DNA of 64,000 nt from the human T2T-CHM13v2.0 reference genome, Homo sapiens. Position numbers and translations under genes: made by a program. Under the pieces are notes generated by a model that had not been told where the DNA came from, made no database searches, and worked only from the letters and a program-made list of their open reading frames with translations. The stretch's first letter is position 1, and every line of letters starts with the position of its first letter. Positions 50,247 through 64,000 of this stretch are shown here, one piece after another. The DNA lies in NCBI RefSeq assembly GCF_009914755.1, contig NC_060946.1, one strand, 5' to 3'.

Positions 50247-53200
50247 TAGCATGTGGGAAGTTTGCAAAAATGCTTGCTGAACCAAACTGAATATTGTATT
50301 TTAAAATTTGCCCATGTGTTGTCATGATGTAGACACATTGTAGACTTTGCTATTGTTCAAATGTTGTCTTATTTGATGAATACAAATACAAAGGGTTTGG
50401 CTGAGAACTTGAGCTCTGGTATCAGGTAGGCCTGGGTCTGAGCCTCAGATTCTCCACTAACTAACTGTGGCACAATGTAATCTCTCTAAAAAGCAACATA
50501 ATTAGATTTGCATGCTCAGATGAGATAAATGCCCACCTGGAATTCCCTGCCCAGCTGAATGTCAATAAAAGAATGACGGAGAGAAGAGTTTGTTTTTCTT
50601 AATAGGACTAAAAGAATACCACTGTAAAGATTCTCATTGAAATAAATTCTATAGTATTTATTTCAGAAAGAAAACATTTAAAAGAGAAAAATGTAGGAAA
50701 CAACGGTGAACAATAATGGGTAACTACGTAGGCAAATCTAAATAAGTATTGACTGTATAAAAACAACAGCAAATTGTAACTAATTTGAATATAAAAATGA
50801 GTTGGAAGTAAAATAATGAATAATAATAACATATAATTCTTACTCTGAGCAGGGCAACAGGGGAAAAGTGACATACAAGACATAAAATGACATATTGAGT
50901 CCAAACAGGTGTTTGGATTATAGCATTTTAAACTCTTGGCATTATCCAAGACTACAGTAGAGATATTGATTAATTTCAGATAAGTCGAAAATGAATGTTA
51001 AATATGCAAATTTTAAAAACTTCTACCCGTGGGATGGGGTAGTTGAGAAGTGGGTATAATGAAAACTCAGACAAAACAGAAAACAAGAAGAGTCTTTTTT
51101 AATCAAATAAAAAAAAATAAACATGAAAATTAGAAAGTACAATGTTAGACAGTATCTATAGTCACAATGATAGCAAACAAAGTTTCCACTACAAAACACA
51201 GAATCACAGAGGAGACACAGACAAGACAAATTAATCTATATAATACTGAAAGAAACACACCCAAAGCCGAAGTATCTAGAAACACTGAAACTGAAAGAAG
51301 CAGGGCGTAGGGGGAGAAATAGGTTTACCTAGTTCTATTTTACCAGAAGAATATGAACCAAAAAAGAAAGCTTGTATAGTTATTTTATTCTCAGAAAAAA
51401 ATGGAAAGACAGAAAGTATTATCAGAAATAAGAGGCTATAATAAAAGGAACATTTCCCCACAAAAGTATAAAAATTCTGAACCTGTTTTCAACTTAACAA
51501 CATAATCTCAAAACATAACCAAAAATGGACAGAATTACAAGGAGAAATTGGTAAATCCGCATCAAAGTCGAAGAACGTATCATTTTCCCAAGAACATTTA
51601 CAAAAATTGGTCACATACTAAGCTATAATGTCAAACTCAACAAATACCAAAAATTGATATAATAAAAACCAATTTCTCAAATCCAATTTAATAAAAATAG
51701 AAATCATTAACAGAAAATAAGTCTAACATGTCCATGCGATTGGAAAGTTAAAAAATAAACTCCAATATAACTCATGGGTCAAAGAAAAACTCAGCAACTA
51801 TCATTTAGGACAAAATAATATTTTTGAATATCCCCTCAATGGTGCCACTCTACCCGCTCCTGACCAATGCTGTTAGACAACACACACAAACACACATTCA
51901 CAGACACTGTACTGGGAATAGAGAAACAAAATTGTCATTATTTGCAGAAGACTCCAATAACAAAAAAAAAAAAAAAAAATGAAAGAAGATCAAAGACAAG
52001 GCATAAGAAGAAAAGAATTTAATTAGGCTGCAGGATATAAGATGAATATACAAAAATCAATTGTGTGCCTATATGCCCACAACAAATGGCTGAAAACTGT
52101 CACTTTTAAAGAATACAAAGTATTTAAGGTACCTAGGAATGTATCAAACAAAAGATGTATAACATCTTTATGTTGAAAATTATAACACTTCTTGAATGAC
52201 AAAAATGGATGAGAAAACCTCCCATTTAGAGGAAAATTCTCTCAAAACTAATATTAAATATTAAGCGCAGTTTCACACAAAATCTCAACAGGGTTTTTTT
52301 GAAGAACTTGTAAACTGATTCCAAAATGTATATGAAAGAGCAAAAAGTCAAGTACAACTAAGAACATTTTAAACAATGTGAGACTTCCTTTGCCAGTTAT
52401 CAAAACTTACCATGAAGCTATTAAATTTAAGATATTGATACTGAGATAAATATATGGTGAATGAGACTAGAGTGCACTGGGGAGCAATGGGAGTCGGCTT
52501 TTTAAGGGATACAAAATTACAACTAGCAACTAGACAGGAGGAAGAAGTTCTAGGGTTCTGTGTCAATGTAGCATAACTGTAGTTAACAATAAGATATTAC
52601 ATAGTCTCAAATAGCTAGAAGGAGAATATTGAATGCTCTCAACACAAAGAAATAATCAATGTTGGAGATAATGAATGTGCTGTTAGCTCTGATCACTATA
52701 CATTATACATCTCAAAACATGACTCTGTGCCCCATAAATATGTACATTATATGTCAATTAAAAAATTAAATTTGAAAAGGAGAGTAGCAAACAAACTCAT
52801 GCATATATGAAAACACAATATATGATAATATATGATAGCTGTTATTACAAAAGGAAAAGGATTTAATAAATGGGGCTCCACACAGCTTGTTTTCCATATT
52901 AAAAAAAACCGAACTGCTTTCTAATACTATTCGCAAAATACTATTCACAAAAATAAATCCTAGGTGGATTAAAGACCTAAAAGCAAAACTTGAAATCAAA
53001 GGAAACAGAAAGACAAGAAAAATAGCAAAACTTGAAATAGAAGAATAGAACAAAAACTGAATATTCTTATGTTCTCAAGGATAAGAAAGGTCTGAACAGG
53101 CAAAACACATCAACTATAAGGGAAAGGTTGGTAAGTTTGATTATATAAACAAATGAAAACTTTGTTACAACCAAAGTCACTGTTGCTGGGATAAAAGTCA

Positions 53201-53287
53201 GCCTATAGAGCAGGAGACATTCACAATACATATAACTGACTAAGGATTCATTTCCAAAACATATAAAGAATGTCTATAAGGAATAAA

Positions 53288-53422
53288 GGCCAAGTGTGGT
53301 AGCTCATACCTGTAATCCTAGCACTTTGGGAGGCCCAGACTGGAGAACGGCTTGCGGCCAGGAATTCGAGACCAACCTGGCCAACATAGTGAGACCTCGT
53401 CTCTATTAAAAAAAAAAAAAAA
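53288..53422 (+). mobile_element. FLAM / Alu left monomer followed by a (TA)-rich tract to about 53575
   Basis: Single monomer with polyA. Confidence 0.85.
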
Positions 53423-53762
53423 TCTTTAAAAAAATTATACATACATACATACCATATATATGATATATATCATATATGTATATATAAGATATATATCCAT
53501 ATATATATAAGATATATACCACATAACTAATACATAATATATGTATATATAATAATCCATATATGTCTATATAATAAGGGCCAAAAACTCCAGTAGAAAA
53601 ATTGGGGAAAATTTAAATAAGCATTTGACAGAAGAAGGAACAAAAGACCAAGAAAATCAACCTCATCGGTAATCAAGGAAATGCAAATGAAAATGATGAG
53701 GTTCTCTTTTATACCTAGGAGAAAGGAAAAACTTAAATTGAACACAATGAAGTTTCCAGGGA

Positions 53763-54058
<296 letters not shown>

Positions 54059-54736
54059 GTTTGGGAGGAAATGTGGAGTAAAAAACCCTCGCACATACTG
54101 ACAGGGTCATACAAACACTTGGGGTAACCATTTGGACAGAGTTGGTAGGTGAAGATGCTGGTACCACATAACCAAGGAACTCTACCGTAGGTATATACCC
54201 AAACACTTCCGCAAGGATGTATGTACAAGAAAACACTCGCTGCAACATTAGTAGTGATGGCAAAGATTTAAAAATAGATAAACTCTGTTGCACTTATTTG
54301 GTGGACCACGATTCATAGCTGTGATGAGGAGTGCCTGGCATACAAGCACTATATAAGTGTTTGATGACATCATCATTGTCACTGTCATCATCAGCATAGA
54401 TAAACCTCAAGAGCTGAAGTTCAGTATAAAAAAAAAATCAACAGAAAGTTGTACAGGGTGTGTTATTACTGGTATAAAGTTCATGTAGTTTAAAATCGTT
54501 TTGCCAATGTTGTAAGGCATACTTATGGATAGACACATGTGTAAATAATATAAACTACGAAAACCTGCCTGGGAATAAAAATCATGAAACTCGGGATGAC
54601 GTTCATCGGGGAGGGCAAAGGAGGGAAATGAAGTCAGGGAGTGCAGGAAGGGCTCCATTTGTATTTGCAGTTTTATTTCTAAAGCTGGAAAGACAGTATA
54701 TGGAAACTCCTTATCTTACTCCCCACGTGTCTTGTC

Positions 54737-55093
<357 letters not shown>

Positions 55094-55565
55094 TGAGGAT
55101 TTTCAGGAAAAGAAACTCATACTGCTGCTGGGAATATAAATTGGAATAGCCATTTTGGGGAGCGAAGTTTGAATGTCTGTCCTGGGACCCAGCAATCCGA
55201 CTTCCAGGAGCCTATGCTAGAGAGGTCTCCTGCATGCGGGCACAAAGACATTGATAAGGATGGTTAACCAACCACTGTTTATAAAAACAAATAGAAACAA
55301 TTGTTTCTAAATGTCCATCAATAACAGCTGACATTTAGTAAGTGCTTGCCACACACCAGTGGTTGTATAGGGGGATGAACACATAGAAATAAAACGGATA
55401 AACAGAATAGCCTACTATTACTATTAAAATGATAAAGAGGACATAAATATATCAAATATGATAAACCTCCAAAAATGTGTTAAAATGGTGAAAAACAGGT
55501 ACACGCGGTATAAATTTTAAAATCATAAACTGATATCAAATAATGCCACTCATAAAAACATAGAG

Positions 55566-55903
<338 letters not shown>

Positions 55904-56036
55904 CTATGAGGCTGCAAGCACCCTGGGGTATACATTTACTTGACAGCAGTTACCTCTGAGGAAGGAAGGAGAAGAGGAGACAGTGGGCTGTACACTGCAA
56001 TGTTATGTTTCTTAAAAAAAAAAAAAAAAAAATCTG

Positions 56037-56332
<296 letters not shown>

Positions 56333-56987
56333 CTGAAGTAAATATGGTAAAATATTAACATTTGTTCAGTCTGAATGGTGAATACGCAGGTGTATTAAAT
56401 TCTTTTGTATTTTTCCATATGCTTGAGATATTTTATGTCTGATTTAAGGAAAAAAGAAAAGTCACCTCCTTTGAGAATGTAAAAAAAGAAAAAAGAAATG
56501 AAAAACCCCCAACTCTAAATCGTTCTTTGATTCAAAGGGAATCAAGTTGCTCATTTCCAGTAATGACAGGCAAGCTAGGACTGACCCAACCACTGAAAAC
56601 ATCTAAAAATCTGGATTAAACAAACATCCCATTAGTATTCTATGTGTTAGAAGCAAGTCACAGATCCTGGAGTTACACAGGGCATGAGTAACAGGGGACA
56701 GGGATCAGAGCAACCATGTAGCTGGCTGTCCCCACACAACCGCTAAGAACATTGAGACTAAAAAGAAGCTGTACCCAGAGAGGTAGGGAGAGTGTCTCAG
56801 AGCACAAGCCATTTGTGCAATGAGGATGTTTTCTAATACACTGGACTTGTGGTCCTGTTCCATGGCCCTCAGGCCAGAATGACAGAGATCAGAACCCAGG
56901 ACCCACCTGCCTGGGTGGGTATCACATGGAAGACGCTGCCCATATTGGTTTGGGGCAGCACGACAAATACAAAAATACAAGCCAGAT

Positions 56988-56990
<3 letters not shown>

Positions 56991-57051
<61 letters not shown>

Positions 57052-57059
57052 GCATGCGC
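56991..57059. repeat. (CA)23(CG)8 CATGCGC alternating tract
   Basis: 69 bp of uninterrupted pyrimidine-purine alternation. Confidence 0.97.
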
Positions 57060-57380
57060 TACTGGGAATGCAGAGACCGAAGCCTTGAGACTAAGGAATG
57101 AAACTGAAGTTCAAAAAAGAAAATAAGCAGCCTTTGGGAGAATGTGGCCACGGGCCAGCCCTCAGGTGGACTGGCATCCAGGGCACTTGTAGCATTTTTG
57201 GGCCAAGGACTCCTGAAACTTTAACTTGGCTAGAGTTATCATCTGATGGTGCCCCTAAGAATCTAGCAGACGAAGAGACGGGAAGGTCCTTCCCAGGCCT
57301 CAGGGAACCCACACAAATAATTCCTCCAGGGTAACGGCAAAACGCCAAAGATATTAGGCACTTAAAACAATATGATAACA

Positions 57381-57683
57381 TGCCGGGCGTGGTGGTTCAC
57401 GCCTGTAATCCCAGCACTTTGGGAGGCTAAAGTGGGCAAATCACGAGGTCAGGAGTTTTACACCAGCCTGGCCAACATGGTGAAACCCCGTCTCTACTAA
57501 AAAATAGAAAAATTAGCTGGGCGTGGTGGCGGGCGCCTATAATCCTAGCTACTCAGGAGGGTGAGGCAGGAGAATCGTTTGAACCTGGGAGGCAGGGGTT
57601 GTAGTGAGCCGAGATCACACCATTGCACACCAGCCTGGGTGACAGGGCGAGATTTTGTCTCAAAAAAAAAAAAAAAAAAAAAA
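57381..57683 (+). mobile_element. AluS (Sg-like)
   Basis: TSD aatatga(t/c)aacat. Confidence 0.94.
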
Positions 57684-57792
57684 AGGAATATGACAACATG
57701 AAGAAAGGCCAAGAAAAACCACAAACAAGACAAATAGAGCTGCACAGGCTTTAGAAACTGGAATTATCAAGGCTACTTTTAAAAACAATTAT

Positions 57793-58088
<296 letters not shown>

Positions 58089-58089
58089 C

Positions 58090-58960
58090 AATTATGCTTA
58101 CCACGTTAAATGAAACAAATGACAAACTTAAAAATATTTTCAGGGAGCATGAAACTAAAATGTGAAAAAAACATATTTGAAAAAGAGCCAAACAGGATTC
58201 CTAAAAATGAAAAATAGGATATCCCAAATTTCAAATTCTATGGACTATTAGTGGCAGACTGGACACAGTCAAGGAGAGAATTAATGAACTGAAAGTCAAT
58301 GCAGAAGAAATTATCCAGAATGCAGCCTGGAGAAGACAGAAAATACTGAGGAAAGGGTAAGAGATGTGTGGGATACAGTAAGGAGGTCTAATGTATTTGC
58401 TCAAAGTCCCAGAAAGAGAGAACTGGGAAAACCAAGCAGAGGAAACAACAGAAGAGATAACGCTTTGAGTTTCACCAGTCTGACCACTTATCCACAGATT
58501 TGAGAGCCCAGTACATCTCAAACAAGATAAACAAAAAGAAACTGTCATCTAATATATCATAGTGAAATTGCAAAAAAAAAAAATCAAATAAAAAAGTTGT
58601 AAAAGTGTGTATGGAGGGGATGCCCTTCAAAGAAGCATTGACTGCTTTTCCATAGATTGATTTTCCACAGCAGTGAGAGAGATCAGAAGTGTAAGAAAGC
58701 ATCTCAAAGAAAAGAACTGCCAAGAAAATTTTCAAGAATTAAAATAAGAATAGTTTCAACAAACAAAATTGAGAGTCTGTATCAGTAGATCCTCACTGAA
58801 TGCAATACTACAAATTGTGCTTCAGGCATTAGAAAAGAGTTCCCAGTTAGAAGTTCTAAGATGAAAAAAAAGAAGTAATAAATGTGTGGGCAACTATAAA
58901 TAAACATTGATCATATAAAGAATAATCATGTCTACTAAGGTTATAAAAAATGACAATACC
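58090..58960 (+). mobile_element. Old L1M ORF1 remnant
   Basis: cagactggacacag...gagaattaatgaactgaaag...gaaattatccagaatgcagc. Confidence 0.7.
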
Positions 58961-60329
58961 AGACAATAGTAACATATGATTAAGAGATGATATAAGGAAT
59001 AGTAGGTAGGATTTTAACAGGTAGAGATGACAGAGAGAAACATTCTGGGTAGAAACAGAAGCTTGAACAAAGAAATAGTGGTAACAACAACATAGAGAAT
59101 AAGCAGTCCAGTCTGACTGAAACAGGGCAAATGAAAAGAACCTGGTGAGCAGCGCTGTATTAGGAAGGATGTGAGGACTTGGTCTTTAATGACTTGTGCA
59201 TCTGGGGCTCATAGGGGTAATTGCAGACTCTTGGTTAATGTCACGGGACTCCCAAAGTCTTAGAAAACAGATAAAACTGATGTGGTTCCTGTCCTCAATA
59301 AGCTTTTAGAAGCACAAATGAAGGAACACCAGAGATCTTCACAGTTTATCCCTCCAACACAACTGGTAGTTCTGAAATGAACCTCTAACAAACAGCATGT
59401 TGGAAAATTACAAAGAATACTTATTTCCTTAATCTGCTTTCAAGTCCCATGGTAGTTTTTTCTTAATAACAGCTTTGTTGAGATATAATTCACAAACCAT
59501 AAAATTCATCCTTCAAAGTGCACAATTTAGTGGATTTTAATGCATTCACAGAATTGTGCAATAATCAACCACTATCAAGTGTTATATTTTTATCACTCCA
59601 AAGAGAAATCCATACTCCTTAACAGTTGCTTCCCATTCCCCCCTCCCTGCAGCCCTTAGCAACCACTACTCTACTTCCTATCTCCATGCATTTCTGTATA
59701 ATGGCTATTTCATATAAACAAAGTCATACAATATGTGGTCTCCCGTGACTGGTCTTCTGTTCTTTCACTTAGCATGTTTTCAAGGTAGATCCAAGTTGCA
59801 GGATGTATTAATACTTCATTCTACTTATTGCAAATAATATTCCATTGTATGAACATGCCATATTTTATGTATCCACTCATTCATTTATGGATATTTTGGT
59901 ATTTCTACTTTCTGGTAATTATGAATAATTCTATAAACATTTGCGTAAAAGTTTTTCTATGGGCATGTTTTCAACTTTTTTGGGTGTATACCTAGGCATG
60001 GCATTCCTGGGTGATATGATAACTCTGTTTTTTAACATTTTGAGGAGCTACCAAACTGTCTCCCAAAGTGGCTACACCATTTTTTATTCCCCCCAACAAT
60101 GTATGAGGGTTCTAATTTCTCTACATCATCAACACTTGTTGTCTGTTTTATTATATCCACATAGTGGGTGTGAAATGATATCTCTCTGCAGTCTTGATTT
60201 GCATTTCCCTGCTAATGATGTTGAACATCTTTCATATGCTTATTGGCCATTTGTATATCTTCTTTAAAGAAGTGTCTATTCAGGTAGTTTGCCCATTTTT
60301 ACTGGGCTTTTTGTCTTTTTTATTGTTGA

Positions 60330-60610
<281 letters not shown>

Positions 60611-61396
60611 CAACATGTCCTTTATATATATGTATATATATATATTATATATATATATATCCCTTATCAGATATATGATTTGCAAATATTTTCTCTCATT
60701 CTTTTGGTTATCTTTTCACTTTCTTGAATGGTATCTTAAGAAGTACAAAAGTTTTGAGTTTTGATGAAGTCTAATTCATTTTTTCTTTTATTGCTTGTGC
60801 TTTTGGTGTTATAAGTAAGAGATCATAACCTAATTCAAGGCAATGAAGATCTATGCCTATGCTTTCTTCTAAGACGTCTATGATTCTAGCTCTTACATTT
60901 AATTGATTCATTTGAGTTAATTTTTGTATATGGTGGGAGGTGGGGGCTCAACTTCATTGTTTCTCCTGTGGATATCCAGTTGTCCCAGCATCATTTGTTG
61001 AAAAGTCTATTCTTTCCCATTGAAATCTTGCCTTTTATTTCTTTTTCTTGTCTAATTGTCCTGGCTACAAATCCCAGTACAGTGTTGCAGAGAAGTAACA
61101 AGAGTGCCCTTCCTTGTCTTGTTCTTGATCTTAGGGTGAAAACACTCAGTATACTGTTCTTTTTGAGTTTTTCATACCTTTTATCAAGTTGATAAAATTC
61201 CCTTCTATTATTAGTTTGCTGTCTGTTTTTATCATGAAAAGCTGTTAGTTTTTTTATCAAATGCTTTTTCTGCATCGATTGAGATAATCATATAGTTTTT
61301 TCCCTTTATTCTATTAATGTGGTGTATGATATTGATTTTTATATGTTGAAGTACGCTTGCATTCCCAAGACAAATCTCACTTGGTCAGGGTATATA

Positions 61397-61709
61397 CAGT
61401 CATGTGCTGCATAACAGCGTTATATATGATGGTGCTCACTTGAGATTATAATACTTTACTTTTACTGCACCTTTTCTATGTTTAAATACACAAATACTTA
61501 CCGCTGTATTACAGTTGCCTGCAGTATTCAATGCAGCAACATGTACAGGTTTGTAGCCTAGGAGCATAGGCTATACCACACAGACTAGGTGTGTAGTAGG
61601 CTATCCAGCTAGGTTTGTGTAAGTATACTCTAGGACGTCTACACAACAACAAAATTGCCTAATGATGCATTTCTCAGAAAGTTTCCTCCTCATAAGTGAC
61701 AAATATCTG
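61397..61709. mobile_element. Tigger3a/MER7A-like DNA transposon
   Basis: cagtcatgtgctgcataac...acaggtttgtagcctaggagc...gcatttctcagaa. Confidence 0.82.
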
Positions 61710-62453
61710 CAATTCTTTTAATATGCTGCTGAATTCAGTTTGCTAGTATTTTCTCGAGAATTTTTACATCTATGTTCATAAGGAATATTGGTCTACAGTT
61801 TTCTTGCACTGCCTTTGTCTAGCTTTGGTGTCATGGTAATGCTAGTCTCATAGAATGAGTTAGGAAGCGTTTTCTTCTCTTGTTTTTTGGAAGTTTGAGA
61901 AGATTGGTGTTAATTCTTTAAATGTTAGGTAGAATTCACCAGTGACACCATCTGGTCCTCGACTTTTCTTTGTTGGGAGGGTTTTGGGGTTTTTTTAAAT
62001 TACTAACCCAATCTCCTTACTTGTTAAAAATCTATTCAGATTTTCTAATTCTTCTCAAGGTTTGGTAATTTTATCTTTCTGGGAATTTGCCCATTTCATC
62101 TAGGTTATACAATTTGTTGGCATAAAATTATTCATAATATTCCCTTATAGCCCTTCTTAATCTTAAGGGCATTTGTGATGCCCTCTTTCATTTCTGACTT
62201 TAGTAACCTGAGTCTTTTTTTCTTGGTCAGTCTAACTAAAAAGCTTGAAAAGAACAAAGGAGTAACTTTTGATTTTTCTCTATTCTATTTCTATTCTGTA
62301 TTGCCACTAAAATCCGTGATTTTTTCTCTTCTGCTTGCTTTGGCTTTAGCTTGCTTTACTCCTCGCTGCCCCTCCCCACCCCCCCCACCCCTTTTTCTTT
62401 TACTTTCTTAAAAGGTAAAAGATTTTAGATTTGGTTATTGGCCTGAGCCCTCA

Positions 62454-62456
<3 letters not shown>

Positions 62457-62487
<31 letters not shown>

Positions 62488-62620
62488 TCTCACTCTATGG
62501 CCCAGACTGGAGTGCAATGGTGTGACCACAGCTCATGGCAGCTTCCAACTCCTGGGCTCAAGTGATCCTCCTGCCTCAGCCTTGCAAGTCCCTGGGATTA
62601 TAGGCACAAGACATTGTGAC
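62457..62620 (-). mobile_element. FRAM / AluJ right arm
   Basis: polyT plus right monomer. Confidence 0.85.
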
Positions 62621-63614
62621 TGAGATCTCTTATTAATATAAATTTCCTTCTAAGCTCTGCATTTATTGCTTCCCGTAAGTTTTGGTGTTATGTCTTCACT
62701 TTAATTCATTCCAAATATTTTCTAATTTCCCTTGTGATTTTCTTTAACCATTCATTATTTATGAGTTTGTTGTTTAATTTCCATATCTGTGAATTTCCCA
62801 ACTTTCCTTCTGTTAATAATTTCTCATTTAATTCCCTTGTGAGGGGAGAGCATACTTTGTATGATTTCAATCCTTTTAATTTTATAAGGCTTGTTTTATG
62901 GCCTAATACATGGCCTATCTTTGAAAATGTTTTACGGGCACTTGTGAAGAGTATGTATTCTGATGTTCTTGGGTGGAATGTTCTCTAGGTGTCTATAAGG
63001 TCTAGTTGCTTTATAGTGTTAAGTCTTCTATTTCCTTGTTGATCGTCTGCCTGGTAGTTTTATCTATTATTGAAAAGTGGGTATTGCATTTCTCCCTTTA
63101 GTTGTTGCTTTTTATTTCATGTATCTTGCTTGGTCTTGTTGCTTTTATGGAATTGTTGATTTTCTCAGGTCTTTATCCACTATTCCAGAAGTGCTCCTAC
63201 CCTCGACATCTGATTTGGAGCTTAGAGAATGTGTAAGCTTTTCAGTTAGAATCAATCTTGTTTTATAATATCTTCTAGGCCACAATATCAAGGTTCATAC
63301 ACTGTACAATGATCATATTCATTTTTTCCAGAATTTTCATTTAACAGATCTTAGCATCAGTGACATGTATGAAGAGTAAGGTAAACTTGAAGATAAAAAC
63401 TAATATACTAATGCCCTCTTAGGTTTTTTTGTGTAGTAATTATAGGCACCGTATCTCCGATATCCTCAAACATTACATTTCTCCCAGGCTGTATATTTCA
63501 CCTGAAAATCATAATCATGAAACTATACAGCTGTCAGGATTTTATCTCCACCTAGAATCTATGTAGATGCCAACCCAGTGTACCCTAATATACTCAAGGT
63601 CTCTAAATTATTGG

Positions 63615-63970
63615 TAGAAACGGTCCCTGACTTACAATGAATTGACTTAAGATTTTTCAACTTTACAAAGATGCAAAAGCAGTACCCATTCAGTAGACGC
63701 CATACCTTGAGTAATTATACAACTATTCTGTGTTTCCCTTTCAGTACAGTACTCAATAAACTGCATGAGATATTCAGCATTTTAATATAAGCTGTGTGTT
63801 AGATGATTTTGCCCAACTGTATGCCAACGTAAATGTTCTGAGCAAGTTTTAGGTAGGCTAGGCTAAGCTATGAAGTTCAGTAGGTCAGGTGTAGTAAATG
63901 CATTTTAGGTTTATAATAGTTTCAACTTATGATGAGGGACATAACCTCATCGTAAGCTGAGAAGCATCTA
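63615..63970. mobile_element. MER47A-like (Tigger) DNA transposon
   Basis: ggtccctgacttac...gttagatgattttgcccaactgta...ggtaggctaggctaagctatg...gaagcatct. Confidence 0.82.
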
Positions 63971-64000
63971 TACCCGGCCTTATATATTAGGTATTTCACT

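Noticed and set aside
53435-53575. Quasi-palindromic TA-rich stretch
   Set aside because: Ordinary degenerate (TA)n expansion after a FLAM tail.
59165-59185. ggatgtgagg resembling the 7SK 5' end
   Set aside because: The match stops after 10 nt.

Overview
Primate (human-like) euchromatic DNA that appears intergenic or deep intronic. About 53 Alu/FLAM copies cover roughly a quarter of the window, alongside old L1M/L1MB, L2 and MIR fragments, MaLR/ERV1/ERVL LTRs (THE1, MST, MLT1, MLT2, MER49-like, LTR54-like, an LTR7/HERV-H solo LTR, an ERVL dUTPase remnant) and DNA transposon fossils. I can support no protein-coding exon, RNA gene or CRISPR array. The ORF track is explained by repeats and chance, and I cannot name the locus. 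Repeat subfamilies come from recalled consensus sequences without running RepeatMasker, and boundaries of old elements are approximate. The most notable structures are: (1) a 5'-truncated mRNA 3'UTR retrocopy with TSDs inside an L2 (13535-14343); (2) three local inverted or fold-back copies (1335-1380 from 7-52, 33311-33538 from 34108-34332, and a 23-bp hairpin at 40969-41018); (3) four tail-less Alus that keep their TSDs, two of them AluY-like and cut at nearly the same point; (4) a borderline CpG island built partly from ancient MIR/L2 sequence, with a minus-strand splice donor at its edge; (5) a (CA)23(CG)8 tract ending in a perfect NRF1 site. I see no evidence of a new multi-gene system. 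The interesting signals are mutational and regulatory.
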